32,272 nucleotides of DNA. Origin: Chiloscyllium plagiosum (Eukaryota). The position numbers and the translations under genes are program-made. The stretch is from the NCBI RefSeq assembly GCF_004010195.1, contig NC_057719.1, forward strand, positions 73,211,446 through 73,243,717. Reading direction: 5' to 3'. Shown in pieces: positions 22,775 through 32,272 of the stretch (the first letter of the stretch is position 1; each line of letters begins with the position of its first letter). Below the pieces are notes generated by a model that was given only the letters and a program-made list of their open reading frames with translations, made no database searches and was not told the DNA's origin.

Positions 22775-22987
22775 TCTAAATTAGAGTGGTGCTGGAAAAG
22801 CACAGCAGGTCAGGCAGCATCCGAGGAGCAGGAAAATCGATGTTTTGGGCAAAAGCCCGTCATCAGGAATATTGCCCGAAACGTCGATTATCCTGCTCCT
22901 CGGATGCTGTCTGACCTGCTGTGCTTTTCCAGTACCACACTGATTTAAACTCTGGTTTACAGCATCTGCTCTCCATTTTTTTACCTC
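22775..22987 (+). mobile_element. Fold-back Penelope-derived short element with 13-bp TSD
   Basis: Arms ~22779-22852 and ~22872-22946 are reverse complements. Perfect direct repeat GAGTATGGCAAAG at 22762-22774 and 22988-23000. Minus-strand CTGATGA-cGGGC-tttt-GCCC-AAAAC is a hammerhead with G>A changes. Confidence 0.9.
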
Positions 22988-23629
22988 GAGTATGGCAAAG
23001 ACAGTCTGTAAACTATGTACATGCTTAGAATACACCAACCTGACAGGAAATTCTCTACTTTCTTTTGAACCTTGGAGTAAAAATGAACGGAAGACATTGA
23101 TTGATACATCAAATCTGTAATTTTTGATTTTGCTGAATAATTATTTTGAACTTGTGAATTTCAATTACTAAGGTAAAAGTAATGATTTTTATTTCACTGA
23201 CAATAGCAAATGTTTTCAATGAGTTTTAGAGTAAGTAAGGACTAACCTGAACACTGAGGTTAATTTCTTCTGTCAGTATTACTTTGGTGTGCTCAAGGAA
23301 AGGACTACAGTCCCACACATACAAAGCAAATCAGCTCCTGTACTCAGTTGTGCCCTTCTCCATTAGCGCCTTTAATCAAAACCACTGAATGAACAAGATT
23401 GTGTACTCAAGGTGAACTCACTAACTGATTATTCTAATTACACTGGATAATTAAAACACACATTTTAATTAAAGTCAACTTTCCATGGAAGTATTTCTTT
23501 TCATTACCAGCATTATTTTCTTATTTATAATTTTGTAACAAGCAAGCAACGTAACTAAAATTAAAACAAAAACAGAAATTGCTGGAGAAACTGTAAAAGT
23601 TGAGTTTCTAAGGCTAAAAGTTTAGTCAG

Positions 23630-23992
23630 AAAGGAGCGTGTTGATTTTTACATGAGTTACACTTTGGAAAAGTTGCAATCCATCCTCTCAAAGTATCTCG
23701 TTGTTTCTGAGTTACCAGGTACCCACCAACACCAGCCCAAAAGTAGTGCAAGGGGAGACAAAAGATACATGTACAAACATGAGGAGTAGAACAGTTGCCT
23801 AAATGCTGTGTTATTCTATTATTCAATCACGTAATTTTGCTCCAGGGTGGGCTTGAAATCAGCAGGGAGTGGTGCCTATAAGTCAAGAGGTTGGCCTATA
23901 CATAACATTTGTGAAAAATGAATGATTTTTTTTGGACAAAAGTTGGTGCTCAACAACACATGAGATCAACCATTACATGAGTATGTACAGTG
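23630..23992. mobile_element. Possible Tc1/mariner-pogo (Tigger-like) DNA transposon relic
   Basis: Ends with gatcaaccattacatgagtatgtacagt, resembling degenerate TCGAC..TACACGAGTATATACAG subterminal repeats. Related motifs occur at ~23638-23660 and ~23877-23900. Confidence 0.3.
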
Positions 23993-26124
23993 TGTGACAA
24001 TTGCTTTTCCTATGATAAATGAAAGTGTAAGTTGAAAATTGTAACCCATGAAGTAATGTTAATATGGAGAGATGTTTACTACCTTGTTGTTGTTTTCCTG
24101 TGGAAAGTTCAATTTTGGAACCCAAATGTAGATATTAGGAACCCAAACATGTATGCATATTTTTTTTTAACCATCTCAACTACAATGTAAATGAAGTGGG
24201 GGAGGAATAAAGATATGTTCCTTTCACTCTCAGGAATGGAAGAAAGGCAGAGACATGCAACCCAACATTTTACAGTCAGTATTTCTGCACTTCAAGACCA
24301 TTCTCAAAAATAGCACAGACAAATCAGTAATTCCAATCATTGTCCAAAAGTAGTGAAAAAGTCCACTTTGAACGTTCACTACATAAATGGTATTTTCTGA
24401 CATCTGCAAACTAACTTGTGGAATATATAATGTGCTTTAGCCTGATAATCCACACTTTGAGAGATAGATTGACTGTACACTCTCAATAAATCATGTTTTG
24501 CTCAAGGAAATAGATTTAATAACATTAAAGTAAAAAAGAATCAATGTTACACAAGCAAATATGCAAGTTAACGAAGATTGTCTATAAATAAAAGTAATAA
24601 ATATGCTATTTGTTTTGAACTTCAAACATTGGCTCATTTTGTGCCCTCTGGATTAGGCGACTGTTTGACATCTAACTCAGCAACACAGCAGGTTGGCTTT
24701 ACAACATTTAGAACATTAGAGCTTTAATTTTAAATTTCAGATATTTGCTACCGACTGAAAACAAGTCTTGGAAGTCCAACATAAGAAATTTGATTCTAAA
24801 ATATCATTCAAAGAAAAGCTCAGCCAAGCCCTGTCCACTTCTCAAAGTGGGCAAGATATCTCAGCATGACATTCTGTATTCTGAACATGTGCAGTATTCT
24901 CAATTGTCTCCTATCTATCAGCATGATTTGATGTGAAAGTACATTGCCTTATCTGGTGGAGATTTGTCAGTTGTATTGCTTTTTCCAAAAGAAGAATTGG
25001 AAACTAAATTCTCAAAGCTCTAAGTACTCCGTTATAACTTTGAATTGTCTCTCGAGACTATAATAAGGAATATATAGCCTTACACAATATTTACAGGCAT
25101 CCAAATCAGAAGTCCATGCCAGTGTTTATGCTCCATACACGCTTTGTGGGTTTTAATTTGTTGACATTGTTGACATTGTTTCTTTCCCTCTTTGGACCAA
25201 AGAGGGATCCTGTCTTGAGGTTCAAAGCAGTTATTTGGAAGAGAAATCATCTTCTTCAAAATCATTAGCTGCCCATGTGAGTTCTAGCAATTTGTTTCTC
25301 TCTTTGTTTTCTGAATTTTCTCTTGGAGAATTCAGTGAAAAAACTTTCTCCTCTGGATCACTTTTTCAAGACATTTTAACGTAAACAACTGGAAAGTTAA
25401 TAACAATGAATTCACACGTTAGTTTGTATTTGTTCATGAAACTATATACTTGTTGAAGATTCTATAGATTAGCAAATACAGAAATAGCCCAATAGGAAAG
25501 TGTAAAATGAGTAATAGTGAATCCACTGTCTATCACAATCAGCATTTCTTAAAAGCCCAGAATATAAAGTTGAGGCTCAAGGTGTAATTTGGCAGGCCTC
25601 AGTGCTCTCCCTTCAACTAAAAACAGAGCACTGTGTATGCTGCTGACCTGAAACAAGCACAAAGAATACTGTCAGCTTCGGAGTTAGCACTTTGAGTTCG
25701 GTCTGAGTCTTTGTCAGACTCCATTAAACTGTGCGCTGCTTGTTGTTCTCACATTGTTTGCTTTTGAAAATTGGATACTGTTAACTTTAACAATTAACTC
25801 AAAGTCATGGACTCTTCTTGGATGGATTTGGCTAGATTAACTCCCCAAATAAAATTAAATTTGGCTACCTACAATGACGTAGTTTAAAACAATTTTCAAC
25901 CAAGCCAGCTTGTGCAGCATCTCTCACATTTTGTAAGTTCTTGCAAGGAATCTCCTGGTACTTGATTTAATGCACTATGCACTGCCTTTGTTAAGCCATA
26001 ACTAGACTTATTCCACTCCCTATCCTTACGGAAAGTTGTAAGAATTGATGGAAAGCCAGAAAAAGTCTGGCTTTTAATGTAACACTACATTAGTCCCACA
26101 ATCTATGGTAATTGAGAAGGTGGG

Positions 26125-26205
26125 GCTCTTGTGGTGCAGTGCTAATGTCCCTAACTCTGCACTGGAATGCTGGGGTTCAAGTCTCACTCAACCCAAAGAT
26201 GTATC
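26125..26205 (+). mobile_element. Degenerate tRNA-derived SINE head
   Basis: GTGGTGCAGTG (A-box-like) ... GGGTTCAAGTCTCAC (B-box-like). Confidence 0.45.
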
Positions 26206-26405
26206 CAAAAAAAAAAGTCCAAATAGCAAACAAAGTTAGGGAGCATCACTGATGTAACTATACTATACTGTCAGTTAGTAGGTGTGTAGACTGAAATAAC
26301 AAAGTACCAATTTGGACTTTCCTGAGATAGAATGTGATGAATGAGTTCCCCATGCATGAATGACTATTTGGTATACTGTATTGCCACAAAATGACACTTA
26401 GAATA

Positions 26406-26740
26406 ATAGAATCCCTATAGTGTAGAAGTCGGTCATTCAGCCCATCAAGTCAACATCGATCTTCTAAAGGGTATTCCACCCTCCTAACCTATAACCCTGC
26501 ATTTCCCATGGCTAATGCACCTAGCCTGTACATCCCTATACACTGTGAGCAATTTAACAAGTCCAATTAATGTGTCCATCTTTAGACTGTGGGAAGAATC
26601 CAGAGCACCTGCAGGGAATCCACACAGACATGGGGATAATGTGCAAACTTCAGACAGACAGTTGTCCAAGGCTGGAATTGAACCCAGGTCCCTGGCACTG
26701 CAAGATAGCAGCTTTAACCACTGAATCACCATGTCATCCC
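26406..26740 (-). mobile_element. tRNA-derived SINE (HE1/V-SINE-like)
   Basis: Reverse complement of the family at 3237-3600 (A/B boxes, V domain, CR1-like tail). Confidence 0.85.
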
Positions 26741-26939
26741 ATGTCACCTTAGGTTGTGTAAAATTAATTGTATAAGTAAGTGAATATAAATTGTTTGAAA
26801 TTTATTGCTGCTAAACTGGGTTCATCACAAAGACTGTAAGGTTGGTCAGTGAATGTAGATCTTATTGACAGAGACTGCAAGATGTCTTGAGTGAGAAATG
26901 AATTTTTGTCACAGTAGATCTGCATTTCTGAGGTTTGAA

Positions 26940-27210
26940 TTGTGGCAAGGAGGCCCAGTCTGTTCTTTTAGATGGACATAAAAGATCCCATGGAACACTT
27001 TTGAAGAAGAATGGGAGTATTATTTCTGATGTTCTAGCAAATATATATCCTACACTCAACATTACAAAAGAATTTGGTCATTACCACATTGCTGTTTTGT
27101 GCAACCTTGCTGTGTGTTAACGTAACTTCTGCATTTTTAAGGTGACAACAATTACCATCTTTCAAAAGCACTTCATGAGTTTTATAGTGCTTTGGGATGC
27201 CTAATGGTGT
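26940..27210 (+). mobile_element. Deu-domain SINE body (SacSINE1/AmnSINE1-like)
   Basis: GATGGACATAAAAGATCCCATGG..TTGAAGAAGA..., GGTCATTACCACATTGCTGTTT and CTTCAAAAGCACTTCAT...GCTTTGGGATG match the Deu-SINE core and tail as I recall them. Confidence 0.65.
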
Positions 27211-27862
27211 TATTTTCTTTACAATGGAAAAAAATTCAGACAACATTATACTGCATTTCGCTCAGCTGTATGAGTTTTCAGAATGCTTTTGATCTTGTAG
27301 AGAACATTTCATTACTTGCTCACACATGCTCATCAGTGCATAATTAACCAACCTTAAAAATGTGGGGACCAACTTGGCCGAGGGAATATTATCCTAAACC
27401 ATATGGCACTTCTGCCAGTTCAAAACAACGCACAGGAATGGAGGTCTGAGTGGAGTGTGAATGCTCTCATGTTCTTGAAACATTTGGTGTAGCATTTGAA
27501 TGAAGATCTAGAGCGCGTGGCTGGAATTTTAAGTTTACTTTTGAATTCACACCTCACCTTATTTAAGATGTGGCAGATGTGATCTCTGTGTTTGGCATGA
27601 AGGTAATTTTACTCAAAGCTGTCTGCTGTCCTGCTGAATACCATGAGTCATATCCGTGTGTTCATGCACAATATATAAAGGACAGCTCAGGAAATTAAAA
27701 ACCAGGAGACTGTGTGATGCTTCATATTGTGTAGGTGGCTGAAGTTCATGCAGAGATTTCATAATGTGTATAAATGTCTACCTTTTTAATTCTGTTGCTT
27801 GGCATATCTGTGATGTTGTTCAGACACAGTATTAAACAAAATTTAGAAGAACGCAGCAAAAC

Positions 27863-27978
27863 AAAATTCAGAAACAAAAACAGAAGTTGCTAGAAAAATC
27901 TCAGCAGGGGTCTGGCAGCATCTGCAGAGAGAAATCTGATTTTGTTTCTGATTTACAGCATCTGCAGTTCTTTCAGTT
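27863..27978. mobile_element. Internally deleted fold-back Penelope pLTR remnant
   Basis: Antisense arm tcagaaacaaaaacagaagttgct...ggcagcatctg joined to sense tail tttgtttctgatttacagcatctgcagttc. Possible 7-bp TSD GCAAAAC at 27856-27862 and 27979-27985. Confidence 0.6.
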
Positions 27979-28571
27979 GCAAAACGGTTACACACTGGCA
28001 TTCGAAACTGAGCTTGAGTTCCAACAAGAATTATCCTCAACCTGGATCTGTGGATACTCTGAGCTGTCTGGAGCTCTTTCTTGAAGTTAACATAATGTAA
28101 AGCAATAATTTTCCTCCCTTCCTCAAGTTGGAGATAACTGATCAAATTTTAATAATAACTTACTTGTCAAATTCATAAAAATGAATCACCCAAGACCAAA
28201 AGGCACCTTGCTGTTTTGTTGTTCTGCAACTATACCCTTGGAATATTTGTTATATTATCCATATTAATGTAGGTTGTTTGCACTACCACATTGATGACTA
28301 CAATGCGCTATTGTATTCTCCTCTTTGTACAACATGTCAAAACACAAGCATGTGTCGATGTTTTTCTGAATGAAATAAAGTGTGTGGTTCACCTTCCCTC
28401 TAAGGCTTGCACTTGTAGCATTCCTGCTACATGTATAAATGATATTCCATGTGACTGCTGACCTTTTTCTTCTTGTTAAGTGAGATATCTTGATATTATA
28501 AGTTAAGTAGCAAGCTGATTCACCCACAAGCAGTGACAAAACACCCCTGCCTTCATGCCTGGGACACTCCT

Positions 28572-28853
28572 GGGGTGGCATGGTGGCTCAGTGATTAGCA
28601 CTGCTACCTCACAGCACCAAGGTCCTAGGTTCGATTCCAGCCTCAGGTGACTGTCTGTGTGGAGTTTGCATTTTCTCCTCATGTCTGCATGGGTTTCCTC
28701 CGGTTTCCTCCCACAGTCCAAAGATGTGCAGGTCAGGTGAATTGGCGATGCTAAATTGCCCATAGTGTTAGGTGCATTACTTTTTGAAGGGTCAGTGTGG
28801 ACTGGTTGGGCCAAAAGGCCTGTTTCCACACTGTAGAGAATCTAATCTAATCT
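28572..28853 (+). mobile_element. tRNA-derived SINE (HE1/V-SINE-like) with (AATCT)n tail
   Basis: GGCTCAGTGA A box, GGTTCGATTCC B box, V domain, CR1-type tail ending aatctaatctaatct. Confidence 0.88.
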
Positions 28854-29425
28854 CTACACATAGGGAACACAATTTGGAGATAGTCCCTGACACTATCATC
28901 CTCATTCTCCAATTTATTCTGCTTGTGAATGTGACTTACGAGGGACAGTCCTTCAAATTAAAATAATGTTTTGATAATAGTATCAAGTATTATTATGAGA
29001 ATTCAGCCATGCAGGATGACCCATTGTGCAACAAGTTGACCTCCCAATGAATAGCATTGTTGAATGATATTTCTGTCCCTGCCATTTTCCACACACTGAT
29101 GTTTCTGTCTGAAACATTGGCAGAGGCATGGAGTCTGGCTGACGTTCTCCCAAAAAGTGGAATTTTAAAAATAAGTTTGCACTCTGGAGACATGGGCACT
29201 ACTGACAAGGCCGGAATATTTTTCCCCCACCAGAGTGCATCTTGTGGCAGTCGGAGTGGTGCTAATTCCCTGAGCAGTTAAATGCCAACCACATTGGTAT
29301 GGAACCAGATCCATACATAGACCTGACCTGATTGTACAGAGCTTTGCCTCTCCATAAGAATAGAAAGATGGACAATTAACCTTTGCTGACTTTGGATCAA
29401 CATTGACAGAAGCTCACTGCATTTT

Positions 29426-29879
29426 CATAGAATCTGCACAGCGTGGGAGCAGGTCATTCAGTCCATTGAATCCACACCAACTCTCCAAAGAGCATCTCAC
29501 CCACCTACCCTATCCCTGTAAAACCTGCATTTTCCATGGCTAATCCACTTAGTCTGCACATACCTGGACATTATAGGGCAATTTTAGCATAGCCAATCTA
29601 CTTATCCGGCACATGGTCGTACCGTAGGTGGAAACTGGACCATCTAGAGGAAACCCACGCAAACACGGGGAGAATGTGCAAACTCCACACAGACAGTCGC
29701 CCAAGTGTGGAATCAAACTTGGGTCCCTGATTTTGTGAGGCAGTAGTACTAACCACTGAGCCTGACAAATGGGACTAGGCTAGATTGGGATATCTGGTCG
29801 GCATGGACAAGTTGGACCGAAGGGTCTGTTTCTGTGCTGTATGTCTCTATGATTATGATTCTATGACACCATGGTGCCC
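29426..29879 (-). mobile_element. tRNA-derived SINE (HE1-like) with 10-bp TSD, interrupted in its A box by a ~105-bp CR1 3' tail (29762-29866, + strand)
   Basis: ACTGCATTTT at 29416-29425 and 29883-29892. The SINE head gggcaccatggtg|gctcagtggtt is split by gggatatctggtcggcatggacaagttggaccgaagggtctgtttc...ctatga. Confidence 0.8.
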
Positions 29880-30339
29880 TTGACTGCATTTTGATTGAAG
29901 ACAGAGGTGTAAGTGTGAGGAAAAGTGGATTCCTTTATTTTCCAGGGAATTGTGTCTAATTTGCAATAATAGTAAGGCACCTCAGGATCATTTCCTTACT
30001 TTACATCTACTTGCTTTTTGCTTTGAGCAAGAGAAGCAAGGGCAAGATACAGGAAAGTTAGTGTAACAGGTGAAAAAGAAAAGCAACCCTGAAAAGTGGA
30101 GGCTTTTACAAAAAAAAGCTTCTACCCATGAAGATCCGATGAGACCTTGAAGAGTTCAAATTTGTTTCTTTTTCACAATGTCAATTTCACATTTCTTGAA
30201 TTCCAACTTAAACACAATTTGTTCTTTGAATCAATCAGGATTGACTATCACCTACATTCAACGAACATCCAAAGTATAGAATGAGATACAACAGATTAGT
30301 TAAACTGCGAAATAAAGAACAAGAGGTTGAATAGTAGGG

Positions 30340-30537
30340 GGATATTTTCCCAGGGTAGGAGAGACAGAAAATAGAGAGCATAGGTTTAAGGTGAGAGAGG
30401 AAAGATTTAAAAAGAATCTAAGGGGCAACTTTTTCATGCAGAAGGTGTTGTGTGTGTGGAATGAGCTGCCAGAGGAAGTAGCGGAGGCTGGTACAATTGC
30501 GACATTTAAAAGGCATCTGGATGGGACATGAATGGAA
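30340..30537 (+). mobile_element. CR1 3' ORF2 fragment
   Basis: REHRFKVREERFKKNLRGNFFMQKVLCVWNELPEEV..AGTIATFKRHLDG, near-identical in type to 14260-14420. Confidence 0.85.
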
Positions 30538-30905
30538 AGTTTGTGTAAAGATTTGTAGCTCGGGTGCCAGTTGCCGTGGCTGCGGGTATATTCACCGAGC
30601 TGGGAAGTTGATTTGCAGATGTTTCATCCCCTGTCTAGGTGACATCTTCAGGGCTTTGAAGCCCCCTGTAAAGCCCTGCTGTACTGTGTCTTCTGGAATT
30701 TATTTGGTTCCATTCCTGCTGCTTCTGGTTGCTGGTTCAGGCTGTTCATTGCAGTAGCTTGTATATTGGTTCCAGGTCAATGTGCTACAAAGGATGAAAC
30801 CAGGAAACAACAACGCTCCAGGAATTTATGGATTACCCAAAGTACACAAATTGACATAGCATTCAGACCCATTGTGGCACTGCCGGGGACACCATCACAT
30901 AAACT
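30538..30905. mobile_element. Penelope-like element (second family): inverted pLTR with hammerhead (30538-30785, minus) joined to an RT fragment (30786-30905, plus)
   Basis: Plus-strand NNNAPGIYGLPKVHK...FRPIVALPGTPSHKL (PLE RT motif YGLPKxHK..RPIV). Minus-strand CTGAAGA-tgtcacc-tagaca-ggggat-GAAA-c-ATC. Confidence 0.8.
30616..30653 (-). ncRNA. Hammerhead ribozyme motif, longer stem II variant
   Basis: CTGAAGA and GAAA boxes flank a GUCACC/GGGGAU stem with one mismatch; AUC triplet (possibly CpG decay of GUC). Confidence 0.55.
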
Positions 30906-32272
30906 AGCATGATGGATTCTCATGGGAACGTAGCACCAACAGCCAAGTTTCTGGTATTGAGACTGGCTCTAATGCAACGAGGGGTACGTCGGCTTCCAAG
31001 AGATCAATTGTGTTAGGGGACTCTCTAGTCTGAGGTACAGACAGACGTTTCTGTGGCCAGCAGAGAAAAATCAGAATGGTGTGTTGTTTCCCTGGTGCCA
31101 GGATCAAGGATGTCTCAGAGAAGGTGCAGAATGTTCTCACAGGGGGGAGGAGCCAGCAGGAGGTCATTGTCCACATTGGAACCAATGACATTGGAAGGGA
31201 AAAGGTTGAGTTTCTGAAGGGAGATTACAGAGAGTTAGGCAGAAATTTAAAAAGGAGGTCCTCGAGAGTAGTAATATCTGGATTACTCCCAGAGCTATGA
31301 GCTAGTGAGGGCAGGAATAGGAGGATAGAGCAGATTAATGCATGGCTGAGGAGCTGGTGTATGGGAGAAGGATTCACATTTTTTGATCATTGGAATCTCT
31401 TTTGCGGTAGAAGTGACCCGTACAAGAAGGATGGATTGCACCTAAATTGGAAGGGGACTAGTATATGGGCAGGGAAATTTGCTAGAGCTGCTCGGGAGGA
31501 TTTAAACTAGTAAGGTGGGGGGGGGGGGTGGACTCAGGGAGATAGTGAGGAAAGAGTTCGATTTGAGACTGGTACAGTTGAGAACAGAAGTGAATCAAAC
31601 ATTCAGGGCAAGCAGGGACAAGGTAGGACTAATAAATTAAACTGCATTTATTTCAATGCAAGGGGCCTAACAGGGAAGGCAGATGAACTCAGGGCATTGT
31701 TAGGAACATGGGACTGGGATATCACAGCAATTACAGAAACATGGCTCAGGGATGGGCAAGACTGGCAGCTTAATGTTCCAGGATACAAATGCTACAGGAA
31801 GGATAGAAAGGGAGGGAAGAGAGGAGGGAGAGTGGCATTTTTGATAAGGGATAGCATTACAGCTGTGCTGAGGGAGGACATTTCCGGAAATATATCCAGG
31901 GAAGTGATTTTGGTGGAACTGAGAAATAAGAAAGTGATGATCACCTTATTGGGATTGTACTACAGACCCCCTAATAGTCAGAGGGAAATTGAGAAACAAA
32001 CTTGTCAGGAGATCTCAGCTATCTGTAAGAATAATAGGATAGTTATGGTAGGGGATTTTAACTTTCCAAACATCCACTGGGACTCATATAGTATTAAAGG
32101 TTTAGATGGAGAGGAATTTCTTAAGTGTGTACAAAACAATTTTCTGATTCAGTATGTGGATGTACCTACTAGAGAAGTTGCAAAACTTGACCTACTCTTG
32201 GGAAATAAGGCAGGGCAGGTGACTGAGGTGTCAGTGGGGGAGCACTTTGGGGCCAGTGACCATAATTCTATT
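30906..32272 (+). mobile_element. Young CR1 LINE, 5' part (ORF1 SGNH esterase domain + ORF2 APE endonuclease), running off the window end
   Basis: ORF1 has GDSL, PGA, HIGTND and DGLHL motifs, premature TGA at 31031 and 31298, and a natural stop at 31508. ORF2 has CIYFNARGL, AITETW, YRKDR..GG, YYRPP, GDFNFP, LDL and SDH. Confidence 0.95.
31514..32272 (+). CDS. CR1 ORF2 apurinic/apyrimidinic-type endonuclease, uninterrupted to the window end
   Basis: 253 codons without a stop (translated by hand) with all catalytic APE motifs. There is no ATG before the domain. It is absent from the ORF track because no stop is reached. Confidence 0.85.

Noticed and set aside
25230..25390. Exon-like minus-strand stretch (acceptor ttaactttccag; SDPEEKVFSLNSPRENSENKERNKLLELTWAANDFEEDDFSSK*)
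   Set aside because: The protein-like frame has an in-frame TGA between it and the acceptor; the other frames give only short peptides. A terminal exon cannot be excluded but is unsupported.

Overview
Repeat-dense vertebrate genomic DNA. It is most likely from a shark or other elasmobranch, inferred from HE1-like and SacSINE1/Deu-like SINEs and the CR1/Penelope types present. The only well-supported host gene feature is a CpG-island promoter at about 11.56-12.25 kb. It carries a ZNF143/THAP11-type motif and the first coding exon (11853->11755, minus strand, MAEIPKTLRCFREEHAGEKLKDDNVLTVTSVEQ) of a gene I cannot name. The rest is nested transposon debris: an internally deleted Gypsy element with its 3' LTR, several CR1 and L2 LINE pieces, SINEs, a probable Harbinger relic and many Penelope-like (PLE) pieces. 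Three observations stand out. (1) At least three ~200-240 bp fold-back (palindromic) PLE-derived insertions have 13-14 bp target-site duplications and fold at a hammerhead ribozyme motif; further hammerhead cores lie in longer PLE fragments. (2) A 355-bp insertion is stitched from three nearby templates, including a 296-bp perfect inverted copy, and is flanked by an 11-bp direct repeat. (3) A canonical -1 frameshift heptamer T TTA AAC sits at the ORF1/ORF2 junction of a young CR1 whose ORF2 has no upstream ATG. There is a 405-nt assembly gap at 19023-19427. All family assignments come from motif recognition by eye; no database searches were run.
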